Origin: an uncultured Planctomycetia bacterium
Lineage (GTDB): Bacteria > Planctomycetota > UBA8108
Direction: 5' to 3'
Assembly (NCBI GenBank): GCA_964390645.1
Contig: CAYMLL010000001.1
Span: 35,045-99,044, forward strand
DNA: 64,000 nt
Positions 1 through 9,381 of this stretch are shown here, in pieces. The notes under the pieces are model-generated. The model ran no database searches and had not been told where the DNA came from. It saw only the letters and a list, made by a program, of their open reading frames with translations. A program made the translations under genes and the position numbers. The first letter of the stretch is position 1, and each line of letters starts with the position of its first letter.

Positions 1-1155
1 TCTGAGCCGGTCCGAGCATCGAGCGGGCCGCCGGCTCCGTGCCCTTCGGCTTCGTGCGGTAGTAGCGGCAGTCGAGGAAGACGAGATGCACATCACCGAC
101 GTGCGTGTCGTAGTAGCAGCCCGGCAGCTCGTCCCCACCGGCGTAGTCGGGGTTGTTCCAGTTCTGCCGGAAGACCTCCCAGACCCGCCGCTTCCACTTC
201 GGCTTGTCGATGTCGGGGCCGCCCGAGCAGTCGTCCTTCCCGAAGTCGTGGTCGTCCCAGATCGAGAAGATCGCCGTCGAGGCCGTCAGCGCGCGGTACG
301 GCGCGGATGACTGGCGCCGGTAGTAGCAGTACCTCTGCACGGCAGGCTTCTTGGGCTGATCGATGTAGACGTTGTCGCCGAGCTGCAGAAAAGCCAGCGG
401 CCGACGCTTCGCGATCGTCGTGAAGACGCGCTCGTGACCCGGCGTGTACGCCGCACCACCGCCGAAGACGAGGTCGAAGCGCGCGGCCCTTCCCTCGACC
501 GGGAAGGTGTGAAAGTGGTGCACGGCCTCATCATCGACGCCGTCGACCACGAGACGGTACGCGTACCTGGTGTCCGGCTGCAGCCCGGTGACCTCGACGA
601 CGACCGTGTGGTCACGCTCGGCGCTCGTCCGCACCGACGGGGACGCGATCGTCACCGCGCCGTCGGCGTCAGCGGGACACCAGACGTGCGCCTCGACCGA
701 GACCTCGTCACGGGTGCGCGCCCAGAAGCGCGCGGAGGAGTCGCTGACGTCGCCGAGAAGCGGTCCGTGAAGCAGCTGCGCCGTGCGAGGCTTCACGAGA
801 CGCCGAAAGCCCTCGCAGGAGGTCAGCGGCCTCAGCAGCTCGCGCGGTCCGGCGAGGAACCGCTCGAGCGGCACGCCGGCGTCGAGCGCGCGGCGCAGGA
901 AGCCGAGCCCCCTGTCGACATCTCCCTTGCGCGCCCACGCCACCGCCAGCGCAAAGAGCGCCTCTCCTCTCTCGGGGGACGACGCGAGGCGTCGGTCGAG
1001 ATCCGCGATCGCGGCGTCGAGCTTGCCGTCGACAATCTGCACGACGTTCTCACGGCCCTCCTTCCACTTCCAGTCCTGGGCGAGCGACGAGTCCACGACG
1101 AGGGCGACGAGCAGCAGCGCCGTCGGCGCGCTCAGAGGTGGTCGTTGACAGGTCA
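1..1155 (-). CDS. PhoD-like alkaline phosphatase/phosphodiesterase with N-terminal signal peptide and TPR-like region; partial, C-terminus runs off the window start
   Basis: I translated the minus strand by hand from the ATG at 1153-1155 (MTCQRPPLSAPTALLLVALVV...), which gives a signal peptide. Downstream are a PhoD-N-like beta domain and the metallophos core motifs (LGDNVYID, WDDHDFGKDD, VFLDCRYYR). The reading frame has no stop before position 1. It is missing from the ORF table because it is open at the window edge. Confidence 0.75.
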
Positions 1156-1402
1156 TCGGAAGGTCCCCGCTTGTCGGTGGGCTCTAGCCGTATCCGAGCC
1201 GGGACGATCCTAGCTGCGACGACGGTGCATCTCAAGCAGCGCACGGGCGAGGAACTGTCCGGATTCGCCGGAATTCCGTCCCCCGGCGACGGCCCCCCGA
1301 TGCCGGACGGCGTGACGGATCTCCGTTGACTTGTCTCGTCGATGCTCCGAGAATCTCATGGCTTTCCCCCCAAGCATCGATTTCGTAGCCATTTACGTTG
1401 TG

Positions 1403-3061
1403 ATGCAGGACGAACCCAGAGCTCCCCGAGCCCGCGCATTGCGTTCATTCGTCACCCTCGCGCTGCTGACGACGGTGCTAACAGCCGCTCTCGCACAGGA
1501 CGATCCGGCAGGCGGCGGCATCCAGGTCGGCATCGACGACAGCGGCGAGCAGGTCCTCATCGTCCCCTTTCGCGGCACGTTCGACGGCGACGTCGTGGCG
1601 AAGCGCCTGTCGCTGATCGAGACGCAGATCGAGAAGCACCCGCGGATCCAGTGGGTGATCTTCGAGATCGACGCGGACAGCGACGACTACGAGGCCGGCA
1701 AGCGCCTCGCGGAGTACATCCTCGAGGGCGAGTCGCTGCGCGGCAAGACCACGGTCGCCTACATTCCGCCGCCCGGGTCCACGACCCGGGCCTCCGCGGG
1801 AAGGCTGCTGACCTCGCGGGGACAGGCATTCGGTGCCGCGGCGCTTCCCGTGATCGCGTGCCGGGAGATCGCGCTCGGGGCGAACACGCGCCTCGGAGCG
1901 GGCGACACGGTCAACCCGATGATCGACGACGAGACGCGCGTGACCATCGCCAGAGCGGCGGAGAAGTACGCCGCACAGCGCAACCGGCACGTGCTCCTGG
2001 CTCGCCTCATGGTCGCGAAGTCCCGCCAGCGCATCTACAAGCTCGAGCGCAAGGGAGACAGGCTCGCAGCATGGGAGCGCTACGCGTTCTGGACGCAGGA
2101 CGAGCTCAATCGCGACACCTCCGACCGCCGGCTGAAGTACCGGCCGGAGACGCTCTTCCTCGAGCAGGACCGCCACCTGACGCTCGACGCGAAGTCCGCG
2201 TACGACTTCGGCTGGGCCCGGCACCGGGGCGTCGAGCACGACACGACGGAGTACGCCGATCTGCGCGACAAGCTCGGTCTCCACGGCCCGTCAACGGACG
2301 TCATCCACGTCGACCGGGGAGCTCTGGAGCGGGGTTCGGTGTCCTGGCAGGCACTCGTCGACGTGATCAACCATCCGGCGACACGCTTCTTCCTGATCCT
2401 CATCGGATTCCTGGGAGTCTTCCTCGAGATCAAGATGTTCGGCACGATGGTCCCCGGGATGATCGGGCTGCTCTGCTTCGGCATATTCTTCGCCGGCGGC
2501 ATGTTCGCCGCGACGGGAGCGGCCGAGCCCACGGCGACCTGGTTCGAGGCCGTGCTGTTCACGATCGGGCTCCTGCTCGTCGCCTGCGAGTTTCTACTGC
2601 TGCCGGGCGTCGGGGTCTTCGGCCTCGGCGGTTGCGTCGTCTGCCTCGTCAGCCTCGTGCTGGCGATGGTCCCCGGTGCGGGAGACGGCGCGACGAGCGT
2701 CAAGGAGGCGATCGCGACGCTCGCCGCGGGCTTCGGAGGTAGCGGCGTCTGCTTCCTGCTCCTCTTGCGGTTCCTGCCGAAATCACGCTGGCTGTCCCGC
2801 GGCATCGTCACACGTGCCACCATCGAGGGCGTGCCCAGCGCCGACAGCGCCGGTGGGTCGGCGCTCGAGCTCGACTGGATGGTCGGCAAGACCGGCACCG
2901 CCAGGACCCCGCTGCGCCCGGCCGGCAAGGTGCTCCTGAAGGAGGGCAAGCTCCTCGACGTCGTCGCCGACGGGGAGTTCATAGAGATGGGCGCGGCGGT
3001 CGTCGTTCGCTCGTGCTCCTCGACGCGTATCCTGGTGACCCGACCGACCGAGCCGGCCTGA
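1403..3061 (+). CDS. NfeD-like membrane-bound ClpP-class serine protease (long form)
   Basis: ORF 1331..3061, with the likely ATG at 1403 giving a signal peptide (MQDEPRAPRARALRSFVTLALLTTVLTAALAQDD). It has a ClpP/crotonase-like periplasmic domain, 4-5 TM helices (FFLILIGFLGVFLEIKMFG...) and a C-terminal OB-fold (GKTGTARTPLRPAGKVLLKEGKLLDVVADGEFIEMGAAVVV). It sits immediately upstream of floA, the classic NfeD-flotillin pairing. Confidence 0.7.
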   Translation: MQDEPRAPRARALRSFVTLALLTTVLTAALAQDDPAGGGIQVGIDDSGEQVLIVPFRGTFDGDVVAKRLSLIETQIEKHPRIQWVIFEIDADSDDYEAGKRLAEYILEGESLRGKTTVAYIPPPGSTTRASAGRLLTSRGQAFGAAALPVIACREIALGANTRLGAGDTVNPMIDDETRVTIARAAEKYAAQRNRHVLLARLMVAKSRQRIYKLERKGDRLAAWERYAFWTQDELNRDTSDRRLKYRPETLFLEQDRHLTLDAKSAYDFGWARHRGVEHDTTEYADLRDKLGLHGPSTDVIHVDRGALERGSVSWQALVDVINHPATRFFLILIGFLGVFLEIKMFGTMVPGMIGLLCFGIFFAGGMFAATGAAEPTATWFEAVLFTIGLLLVACEFLLLPGVGVFGLGGCVVCLVSLVLAMVPGAGDGATSVKEAIATLAAGFGGSGVCFLLLLRFLPKSRWLSRGIVTRATIEGVPSADSAGGSALELDWMVGKTGTARTPLRPAGKVLLKEGKLLDVVADGEFIEMGAAVVVRSCSSTRILVTRPTEPA

Positions 3062-3075
3062 GAGACGGAACGATC

Positions 3076-3561
3076 ATGGACTTCCTGGTTCCCGACAGCT
3101 TCTACGCATTCCTCTTCATCGGCGTCGGGCTCGTGCTCGTCTTTCTCGAGGTCTTCATCCCGACCGGCGGGATCATGGGCATCGTCGCTGCCGCGGTTCT
3201 GTTCCTCGGGATCTGGGGGCTCTTCCATCACGGTCAGGCCGCACTCGGCTTCACGTCCATCGTGGTGTCGCTCGGCTTCAGCGGCGCCATGGTCGTCTTC
3301 ATGCTGAGGCGAGTGCGACTGGTGGACGCCCAGGACGCCACGACGTTCACTTCCGTCGACGCGGGAATCGTCGGACTCGACGGCAAGCCGGGCGTCGCGG
3401 AGACGCCACTGCGACCCGCCGGCGTCGCGCGCATCGACGGACGGCGAGTCGACGTGGTCGCGCAGAGCAGTTTCATCGAACGAGAGTCTCCCGTGGAGGT
3501 CGTCGACACCAGCGGCAATCGAGTCGTGGTCCGAGAGATCGTCGGGGAGAGTAGGGAATAG
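3076..3561 (+). CDS. NfeD short-form membrane protein (2 TM + OB-fold beta-barrel)
   Basis: ORF 3013..3561, with the likely start MDFLVPDSFYAF at 3076. It has two TM helices and then an OB-fold motif (GKPGVAETPLRPAGVARIDGRRVDVVAQSSFIERESPVEVV) parallel to the C-terminus of the preceding NfeD. Its stop lies 31 bp before floA. Confidence 0.6.
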   Translation: MDFLVPDSFYAFLFIGVGLVLVFLEVFIPTGGIMGIVAAAVLFLGIWGLFHHGQAALGFTSIVVSLGFSGAMVVFMLRRVRLVDAQDATTFTSVDAGIVGLDGKPGVAETPLRPAGVARIDGRRVDVVAQSSFIERESPVEVVDTSGNRVVVREIVGESRE

Positions 3562-3594
3562 AGAACGTCTTCCTGTGGGAAAAGGAGCAGAGAC

Positions 3595-4677
3595 ATGGCT
3601 TCCCGACTGAGCTGGTTGGTGCCGTTCCTGGCAGCCGACGACGGCAATCCGCTGACGGACAACTTATTTGTGACGGTGCTGATCTTCATCGCGCTGCTGA
3701 TCGGCGTCTTCGTCGTCTTCTTTTTGATGAAGTTCGGGAAGCTCTGGCTGCAGGCCGTGTCCTCGAACTGCCACGTGCCGGTGAAGGAGTTCATCGGCAT
3801 GTTCCTGCGAAAGATCAACTCGCGTGTCATCATCGATGTGCTGGTGATGGCGCAGAAGGCGGGCGTGCCGATCGATATCGAGAAGCTGCAGGCGCACGTG
3901 CTGGCGCGCGGCAACGTCCGCGCCACGGTGCAGTCGCTGGTGGCCGCATCTCGCGCGGACATCAATCTCACCTTCGAGCGCGCCGCCGCAATCGACCTCG
4001 CCGGCCGTGACGTGCTCGACGCGGTGCGCACGAGCGTCCACCCGAAGGTTATCGACTGCCCGAGCCAGGTGCAGGGCAAGGCGACGATCGACGCAGTGGC
4101 ACTGAACGGTATCCAGCTGCGCTGCAAGGCCCGCGTCACCGTGCGCACGAACCTGGGGCGCCTTGTCGGTGGCGCGACCGAGGAGACGGTAGTCGCCCGC
4201 GTCGGAGAGGGAATCGTCGCGGCGATCGGCCAGTCCGAGAGCCACAAGACCGTGCTGGCGAACCCGCGCAAGATCTCCCAGGAGGTGCTGAATTCGGGGC
4301 TCGACGCCGGCACCGCGTACGAGATCGTGTCGATCGACATCGCGGACATGGACGTCGGGGAGAACATCGGCGCCGTGCTGATGGCGAACCAGGCCGAGGC
4401 AGAGAAGCGCCGAGCCCAGGCCGAGGCGGAGGCGCAGCGCGCCCGCGCGGTCGCTCGAGGACAGGAGATGGAAGCGCTCGGCAAGGAGAACCGTGCACAG
4501 GTCATCCTCCAGGAGGCGGAGATCCCGAAGGCGATCGCCGAGGCCTTCCGCGGCGGCAACCTCGGAGTCATGGACTACTACAACCTGCGCAACGTGCAGG
4601 CGGACACCCAGATGCGCCGCAGCCTCGCGGGCGACGCGGACGATGGTGAGACGACCAGCGGTTCGGGGGCGAGCTGA
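3595..4677 (+). CDS. floA: Flotillin-like protein FloA (UPF0365/YqfA family)
   Basis: Full-length collinear similarity to B. subtilis FloA/YqfA. Matching stretches include NLTFERAAAIDLAGRDVLDAVRTSVHPKVIDCP, RVTVRTNLGRLVGGATEETVVARVGEGIV, SIDIADMDVGENIGAVL and GNLGVMDYYNLRNVQADTQMR. There is an N-terminal TM helix. Confidence 0.85.
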   Translation: MASRLSWLVPFLAADDGNPLTDNLFVTVLIFIALLIGVFVVFFLMKFGKLWLQAVSSNCHVPVKEFIGMFLRKINSRVIIDVLVMAQKAGVPIDIEKLQAHVLARGNVRATVQSLVAASRADINLTFERAAAIDLAGRDVLDAVRTSVHPKVIDCPSQVQGKATIDAVALNGIQLRCKARVTVRTNLGRLVGGATEETVVARVGEGIVAAIGQSESHKTVLANPRKISQEVLNSGLDAGTAYEIVSIDIADMDVGENIGAVLMANQAEAEKRRAQAEAEAQRARAVARGQEMEALGKENRAQVILQEAEIPKAIAEAFRGGNLGVMDYYNLRNVQADTQMRRSLAGDADDGETTSGSGAS

Positions 4678-5465
4678 TGGGAGATCGCGGCGAGTGGATC
4701 CAGATCCTCATGCTCTTGATCTTCGGAGGACTCTACGTCGCGCGCTGGGTGATCTCCAGGGCCTGGGGCGCGAGGCAGGAGAACGATCCTGCCGGGAGGC
4801 GGCCCGAGAAGCCGGGCCGGAAGAGTCCGGCGATCGAGATGCTCGAACGCCTGCGCGCCGAGAGCGAGCAGGCGCCCGCCGTCACGAAGGACGCACCCGT
4901 CACCGGCGCGCGGGCGGTCGGTGCCGCGGCGGCCGTCTACGATTACGGCTGCGACGACGAGGATGCGCCGTTCGGTGACGACGACACCGCCGGCCAGCAC
5001 GCCCTGCCCGACGACGTCGTCGGGAAGCGAGGCTCTCGGGCGTCACCCCGAGCCGCTTCACCGGCGATGGAGCCGCCGCAACTCCCGGGGCGGCCTTCGC
5101 TGCCGGCGGCTGAACCGACGCGCGGACGGGCTGCAGGTCGAAGCCAGGTGCCCGCGTCGACGGAAATCAACCTGTCCGCCGCGCATCCGCGCTCGCCGCG
5201 CGACCGCGTCGTCCACCCTCGTACCGAGACGGCGCGTCCTGCCGTCGCGGCGCCGCGCTCCGCCGACGAGCACGTCGAGATCTACAGCGAGATGGAGCTC
5301 TCGGACGCCGCCGCGGATCTCGGAATGGGACAGCTTCCTGTCGCGACGACGGCGAGGCCGGCGCCAACGCGGCTCAGAGGGCTCCTGCGAGCCCAGGGAA
5401 TGACCCTTCGCCAGGCCCTGATCGGCCAGATCATCCTCGGCCCGCCCAGATCGCGCAGAGCTTGA
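4677..5465 (+). CDS. Hypothetical membrane-anchored protein with low-complexity Pro/Ala/Arg-rich region, translationally coupled to floA
   Basis: Its ATG overlaps the floA stop (ATGA at 4674-4680). It has an N-terminal TM helix (IQILMLLIFGGLYVARWVI). No recognisable domain; the rest is compositionally biased, so the coding call is tentative. Confidence 0.4.
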   Translation: MGDRGEWIQILMLLIFGGLYVARWVISRAWGARQENDPAGRRPEKPGRKSPAIEMLERLRAESEQAPAVTKDAPVTGARAVGAAAAVYDYGCDDEDAPFGDDDTAGQHALPDDVVGKRGSRASPRAASPAMEPPQLPGRPSLPAAEPTRGRAAGRSQVPASTEINLSAAHPRSPRDRVVHPRTETARPAVAAPRSADEHVEIYSEMELSDAAADLGMGQLPVATTARPAPTRLRGLLRAQGMTLRQALIGQIILGPPRSRRA

Positions 5466-5515
5466 TGGCCTGCCCCCGAGCCCGTAGACTGCGCCACCGG
5501 TCGCACCCCGCCCGG

Positions 5516-5602
5516 GCCAGAGTGGCGGAATTGGCAGACGCGCTAGATTCAAAATCTGGTTGGGTTATCCCAGTGTGGGTTCGAGTCCCACCTCTGGCAC
5601 CA
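5516..5602 (+). tRNA. tRNA-Leu (anticodon CAA), with long variable arm and encoded CCA
   Basis: I folded it by hand. The acceptor stem GCCAGAG/CTCTGGC is perfectly paired, with discriminator A and CCA at 5600-5602. The D-arm reads GCGGAATTGGCAGACGC. The anticodon stem is CTAGA/TCTGG with loop TTCAAAA, giving anticodon CAA. It has a long variable arm and a T-arm GTGGGTTCGAGTCCCAC. Confidence 0.85.
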
Positions 5603-5639
5603 TTCACCGCAAGGACCTACGAAGACCGCCGCGAGCCCC

Positions 5640-5775
5640 CTAGCGGCGGTGGACCTGGCCCCGCCCCCCCCGACCCCCTCCCCCCCCCCCGCCCCAAACC
5701 CCCCCACCCCCCCCCCCCCCCCCCCGCGCCCCGGGCGGGGGGGGCTGGACCTGGCCCCTCCGCGACGGACCGCGT
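5640..5775. repeat. Extreme poly-C / low-complexity tract flanked by the 12-bp direct repeat GGACCTGGCCCC
   Basis: C runs of 17 or more nt lie between GGTGGACCTGGCCCC (5648-5662) and GGCTGGACCTGGCCCC (5743-5758). The tract sits directly 3' of tRNA-Leu. This is not coding sequence; the '+ strand PPPP' ORF here is an artefact. Confidence 0.6.
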
Positions 5776-5884
5776 CCCCCGTCGCGGGTATCGCACAGCT
5801 CCCGACGCAGTCCCCTGAGCGCAGCCCCGAGCGCTGTCGACAGCCTCCGGGCCGGTGGACGAGACCCCGAGTCGAGGCGTGGGA

Positions 5885-6260
5885 TCAGAATCCGTCGTAC
5901 TCTGCGCACCGGCCCTCCCACAAGGGCTGCACGTTCCTGATCGAGTCGAGGCTCTGCGGGCAGGAGCCCGTCACGCAGCTTGCCGTCGAAGGGCTCGACA
6001 CGGCGGTGTTCCCGGGGACTTCCCGGCCCGATGAACAAGGTGCCGACCCCGACCGGGTCCAGCCAGTCCCGAACTGCCTCCGCCGTGCACTCCGGGCCGT
6101 TGTCGGCAGAAAGTGCCTCCGGCGGCCCTCGACGAGCGACAATCGTCGCCTGGACTCGTTCCCATCGAACTCCCCACACAGAGCGATCCGGGGCGGTGGG
6201 CACGGTGGAGGAAGCGGCGCCGGCTTCGAGGTCGAGCCCGTTTTTCCGGGGGCCGAGCCG
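5885..6260 (-). pseudogene. Remnant of an rve-type DDE transposase (IS3/IS481-like, C-terminal integrase core only)
   Basis: The minus-strand translation ...ALSADNGPECTAEAVRDWLDPVGVGTLFIGPGSPREHRRVEPFDGKLRDGLL... matches the conserved DNGPEF...PGSPxxNGxVExFNGxLRDE core of IS3/IS481 integrases. Key residues are degraded (W to R, N to H). No N-terminal HTH or OrfA is present and the frame is broken upstream. Confidence 0.55.
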
Positions 6261-6409
6261 CCTTCGGCTCGCGATCGCGGGCGCGTTTCACGGTGACGGT
6301 GCGGCGCAGCTTCCACGAACGACGCAAGCTGGAGTAGACTCAACGTGGCTCGCCCTGACCGCCATCGTTTTCGAGGCCACTGATGCGTCCGACCCCGAGA
6401 CCTTTTTCG

Positions 6410-7672
6410 ATGAAACTCCATACGTGTTCTCGCTGTCTTGGCGCGTCGATACTCTCTCTGGCGTTGACCCCTTCGGCCTCGTCCGACGAACACTTGAGAT
6501 GGAACGTGAGCATCGCGGGGTTGCCTCCCAACTCCATCTCCGGTTCAGCGACGAGAGTGAGCTTCGAGAACAAGTCGGACTGCAAGGTGAAGATCTTCTG
6601 GGTCCGGTACAACGGTGAACTGAAGTCCTACGGGGAGCTGAATCCCGGGGCCAAGCGCCAGCAGAAGACCTTTGCCAACTCGAGCTGGCTGATCACGGAC
6701 ACGAATGACGAGCCGCTGGGGTACTTTCGGACAACGCACAGGGTCGCGACGGCGGTAATCCCGAGACGTACCGGGAAGCCGATCCCGCGCTCCAGGCGAT
6801 ATACATCGCGCTCGAAGGCCGACGCTGTTACCTGGCAAGAGGAGCTGCGGTCCACATTCCTCGAGCTGCTCGAGATGCAGGACCTGGTTTCACGCGACAA
6901 GCCGAATCCGCTGACGGCGAAGACCATCTCCTCGAAAGACAGAGGGAAGTACCGCTTCCGGGAAGTGGAAGTCAACAGCACCCCGGCAAGCCGCATCAAG
7001 GTGGTGCTCACATTGCCGAACAACATCCGGGGCCCGTCCCCGGCAGTCGTCGCGATCGCGGGGCATGGCGGCAGTCGACATTCTTGCTACGAACCGGGCG
7101 GGTTCGCCTCCGTCCTGGCAGAGAGAGGATACGTCACCGTCTCCACGAGAATCAGCCAGCACAGCATCCGGGAACGGGGCCGCACCATGATGGGCGAACG
7201 CTTGTGGGACCTGATGCGATGTGTGGATCTACTCACTTCGCTGGACGAGGTGGATCCCGGGCGAATCGGCTGTGCAGGAAACTCGCTGGGGGGCGAGATG
7301 GCCATGTGGCTGGGTGCGATGGACGCGCGAGTCAAGGCCACGGTGAGTGCCGGCTTCCTGACGCGGATGGACCAGCTGGAGAAGAACCACTGCCGGTGCT
7401 GGAAGTTCGCCGGCCTGCGAAAACTCGCCGACTTCTCCGACGTCTACGCGCTGACCGCGCCTCGAGCGTTGTTGTGCCAGAACGGCTTGAAGGAGCGCCC
7501 GACCTGGTTCACGGTCGCCATCGCCCGAGAAGCGCTGAACGACATCGAGCCCATCTATGCCGATCTCGGCGAGCCCCGGAATCTGGAGTTCCTGGCTCAC
7601 GAAGGTGGTCACGTGATCGAGGTGCCAGGTCTCCTGAGCTTCTTCCGGAAGCATCTCAGAGGCTCGGACTGA
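6410..7672 (+). CDS. Secreted protein: N-terminal VHL-beta-like domain fused to an alpha/beta-hydrolase (acetyl-xylan esterase / dienelactone hydrolase-like)
   Basis: ORF 6383..7672. It has a signal peptide (MKLHTCSRCLGASILSLALTPSASS). Residues ~45-130 (ATRVSFENKSDCKVKIFWVRYNGELKSYGELNPGAKRQQKTFANSSWLITD) follow the pVHL beta-domain pattern V.F.N.S...V...W....GE...Y..L.PG......S..W. The C-terminal half carries the nucleophile elbow GNSLGGEMAM plus a distal His. GC is visibly lower here (~57%) than in the flanks. Confidence 0.65.
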   Translation: MKLHTCSRCLGASILSLALTPSASSDEHLRWNVSIAGLPPNSISGSATRVSFENKSDCKVKIFWVRYNGELKSYGELNPGAKRQQKTFANSSWLITDTNDEPLGYFRTTHRVATAVIPRRTGKPIPRSRRYTSRSKADAVTWQEELRSTFLELLEMQDLVSRDKPNPLTAKTISSKDRGKYRFREVEVNSTPASRIKVVLTLPNNIRGPSPAVVAIAGHGGSRHSCYEPGGFASVLAERGYVTVSTRISQHSIRERGRTMMGERLWDLMRCVDLLTSLDEVDPGRIGCAGNSLGGEMAMWLGAMDARVKATVSAGFLTRMDQLEKNHCRCWKFAGLRKLADFSDVYALTAPRALLCQNGLKERPTWFTVAIAREALNDIEPIYADLGEPRNLEFLAHEGGHVIEVPGLLSFFRKHLRGSD

Positions 7673-8037
7673 CGTGTGGACGACGTTCTCGATGGGTGCC
7701 GAACGCGTGTCCTGCGCCCCTGCGTGGAGCCGTCGGTGCTCGGTCAGCTCATGGCGGTCGCCGGTCCGTCCGGGTGACGACACAGCTCCCGCGATCGGTG
7801 ACGCACCGGGGCCCCTTCAGAGTTGACGTCGCCCCGACCACGATGTTCCGCGCTGACGGAGGTCCGTCGGAAACCTCCCGGATGTCGTGAAGCGCTGCTG
7901 TCCCTCGAGCCCGACGATCGCCGGAACATCGTCAAACGGTCCTCGGACCCGTCGAGCCACTTCGAGGAGGACTCTCGACAGCGGTCCAGCCCGCATGTCT
8001 CACCGCTTCCTGCTGCGAAATCGGTGAGAAACCCGGA

Positions 8038-9381
8038 CTAGGTGCCGAGGACTTCAGTGATCGAGTCCCGCAGAATTTCCACGAGGCGACAGAGCTGCGC
8101 CTCCGTGGTGACGATGGGCGGAGCGATGCAGTAGACGTCCCCGCGAAGGCGCGAGAACAAGCCGCGTGCGCGGGTCGCCTGGTGGACGCGAGCTCCGATC
8201 TTCTCGTGCGAAGGAAACTCGGCTCTGGTCGCCCTGTCGGCCACCATCTCCACGGCGGTCATCAGCCCCAACCCGCGGATGTCTCCCACGTGGGGGTGGT
8301 CGGCGAGGGCCTCCCGCAGCTGCCCCAGCAGGAACTCGCCCTTCTCGGCTGCCTGGGACACAAATCCCTCGGCGTCCATGATGTCGAGATTTCGAAGCGC
8401 CACGGCACAGCCGACCGGATGCGCGCTGTAGGTGAAAGCGTGCATCCAGACCGAGTCCGGGGTGTCGATCGTCTCGGCAACCTCGTCGTTGACGCCGATG
8501 CCTCCGAGCGGGAAGTACCCGGAGGTGATCCCCTTGGCGAACTGGATCATGTCCGGTTCGACGCTCCAGTGTTCCAGCCCGAAGGGTCGTCCCGTGCGAC
8601 CGAAGCCGGTGATCACCTCATCGGCAACGAAGAGCACATCGTACTGATCGCAGATCTGGCGAATGCGCGGGAAGTAATCGTCCTGGGGCACGATGACTCC
8701 CCCCGCCCCTTGCACGGGCTCGGCCAGGAACATCGCCACCGTCTCGGGGCCTTCGCGCGTGATCGCTCGCTCCAGCTCGTTCGCCGCCGCGACCCCCGGA
8801 CTCTCGCCGTTTGCAGTCTCGTAGCGATACGGATACGGGGAAGGGATGTGCACGAACCCGGGCACACGAGGCTCGAACATCGGCCAGTAGCTCGAAATGC
8901 CGGTGGCGCTCATCGCGGCCAGGGTCACGCCGTGATAGCCCCACTGACGCGAGATGACCTTCGTCTTCTCGGGCCGGCCCTTCGCCTTCCAGTAGTAACG
9001 GGCGGTCTTGAAGCTCGTATCGCTGGCTTCGCCGCCTCCGGAGGTGAAAAAGAAGCGGTTGATCGATGGGTACGTGATTCCTGCCAGGCGCTCCGCAAGC
9101 TCGATCGCGCGGGGATTCGAGCTGCCCGCATAGCCGGAGCAGTAGGCGAGTGACCGCATCTGCCGTGCGGCGACCTCGGCCAGCTCCTTGCGGCCGTGCC
9201 CCGCGATGACGTTCCACAGACCGGAGATCCCGTCGAGGTATTCCTTGCCGTCCGCGTCGGTCAGCACGGCTCCCTCGCCTTTCACCCAAACGTGGCCCTG
9301 CTCGTGAAGAGCCGGATCGTGAAGCGGGTGAATCATGTGCGCCCGGTCACGGGACAACAGCTCATTCTTGACACTGGCCAT
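8038..9381 (-). CDS. Class III (omega) aminotransferase, PLP-dependent
   Basis: ORF 8038..9675. The start is the ATG at 9381 (MASVKNELLSRDRAHMIHPLHDP...). Hallmarks are GSGGGEASDTSFKTARYYW, DEVITGFGRTG and the PLP-binding Lys in FAKGITSGYFPLG. Overall length and layout fit the beta-alanine/taurine-pyruvate transaminase family. Confidence 0.85.
   Translation of the reverse strand: MASVKNELLSRDRAHMIHPLHDPALHEQGHVWVKGEGAVLTDADGKEYLDGISGLWNVIAGHGRKELAEVAARQMRSLAYCSGYAGSSNPRAIELAERLAGITYPSINRFFFTSGGGEASDTSFKTARYYWKAKGRPEKTKVISRQWGYHGVTLAAMSATGISSYWPMFEPRVPGFVHIPSPYPYRYETANGESPGVAAANELERAITREGPETVAMFLAEPVQGAGGVIVPQDDYFPRIRQICDQYDVLFVADEVITGFGRTGRPFGLEHWSVEPDMIQFAKGITSGYFPLGGIGVNDEVAETIDTPDSVWMHAFTYSAHPVGCAVALRNLDIMDAEGFVSQAAEKGEFLLGQLREALADHPHVGDIRGLGLMTAVEMVADRATRAEFPSHEKIGARVHQATRARGLFSRLRGDVYCIAPPIVTTEAQLCRLVEILRDSITEVLGT

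Noticed and set aside
1342-2742. 466-aa Arg/Gly-rich ORF on the + strand overlapping the NfeD gene in another frame
   Set aside because: Its composition is extreme (R, G, P, A) and it has no domain. The overlapping frame 1403..3061 has clear NfeD signal, TM and OB-fold features. This is a typical high-GC alternative-frame artefact.
5462-5818. + strand ORF translating the poly-C tract into a poly-Pro protein
   Set aside because: It is driven entirely by homopolymer C runs. The region is non-coding low-complexity next to a tRNA.
5649-6296. 215-aa + strand ORF overlapping the transposase remnant
   Set aside because: It begins in the poly-C tract and is antisense to the rve-like minus-strand translation, which carries the recognisable integrase core.
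8182-9153. 323-aa + strand ORF antisense to the aminotransferase
   Set aside because: It is antisense to a gene with strong family motifs and has no recognisable features.
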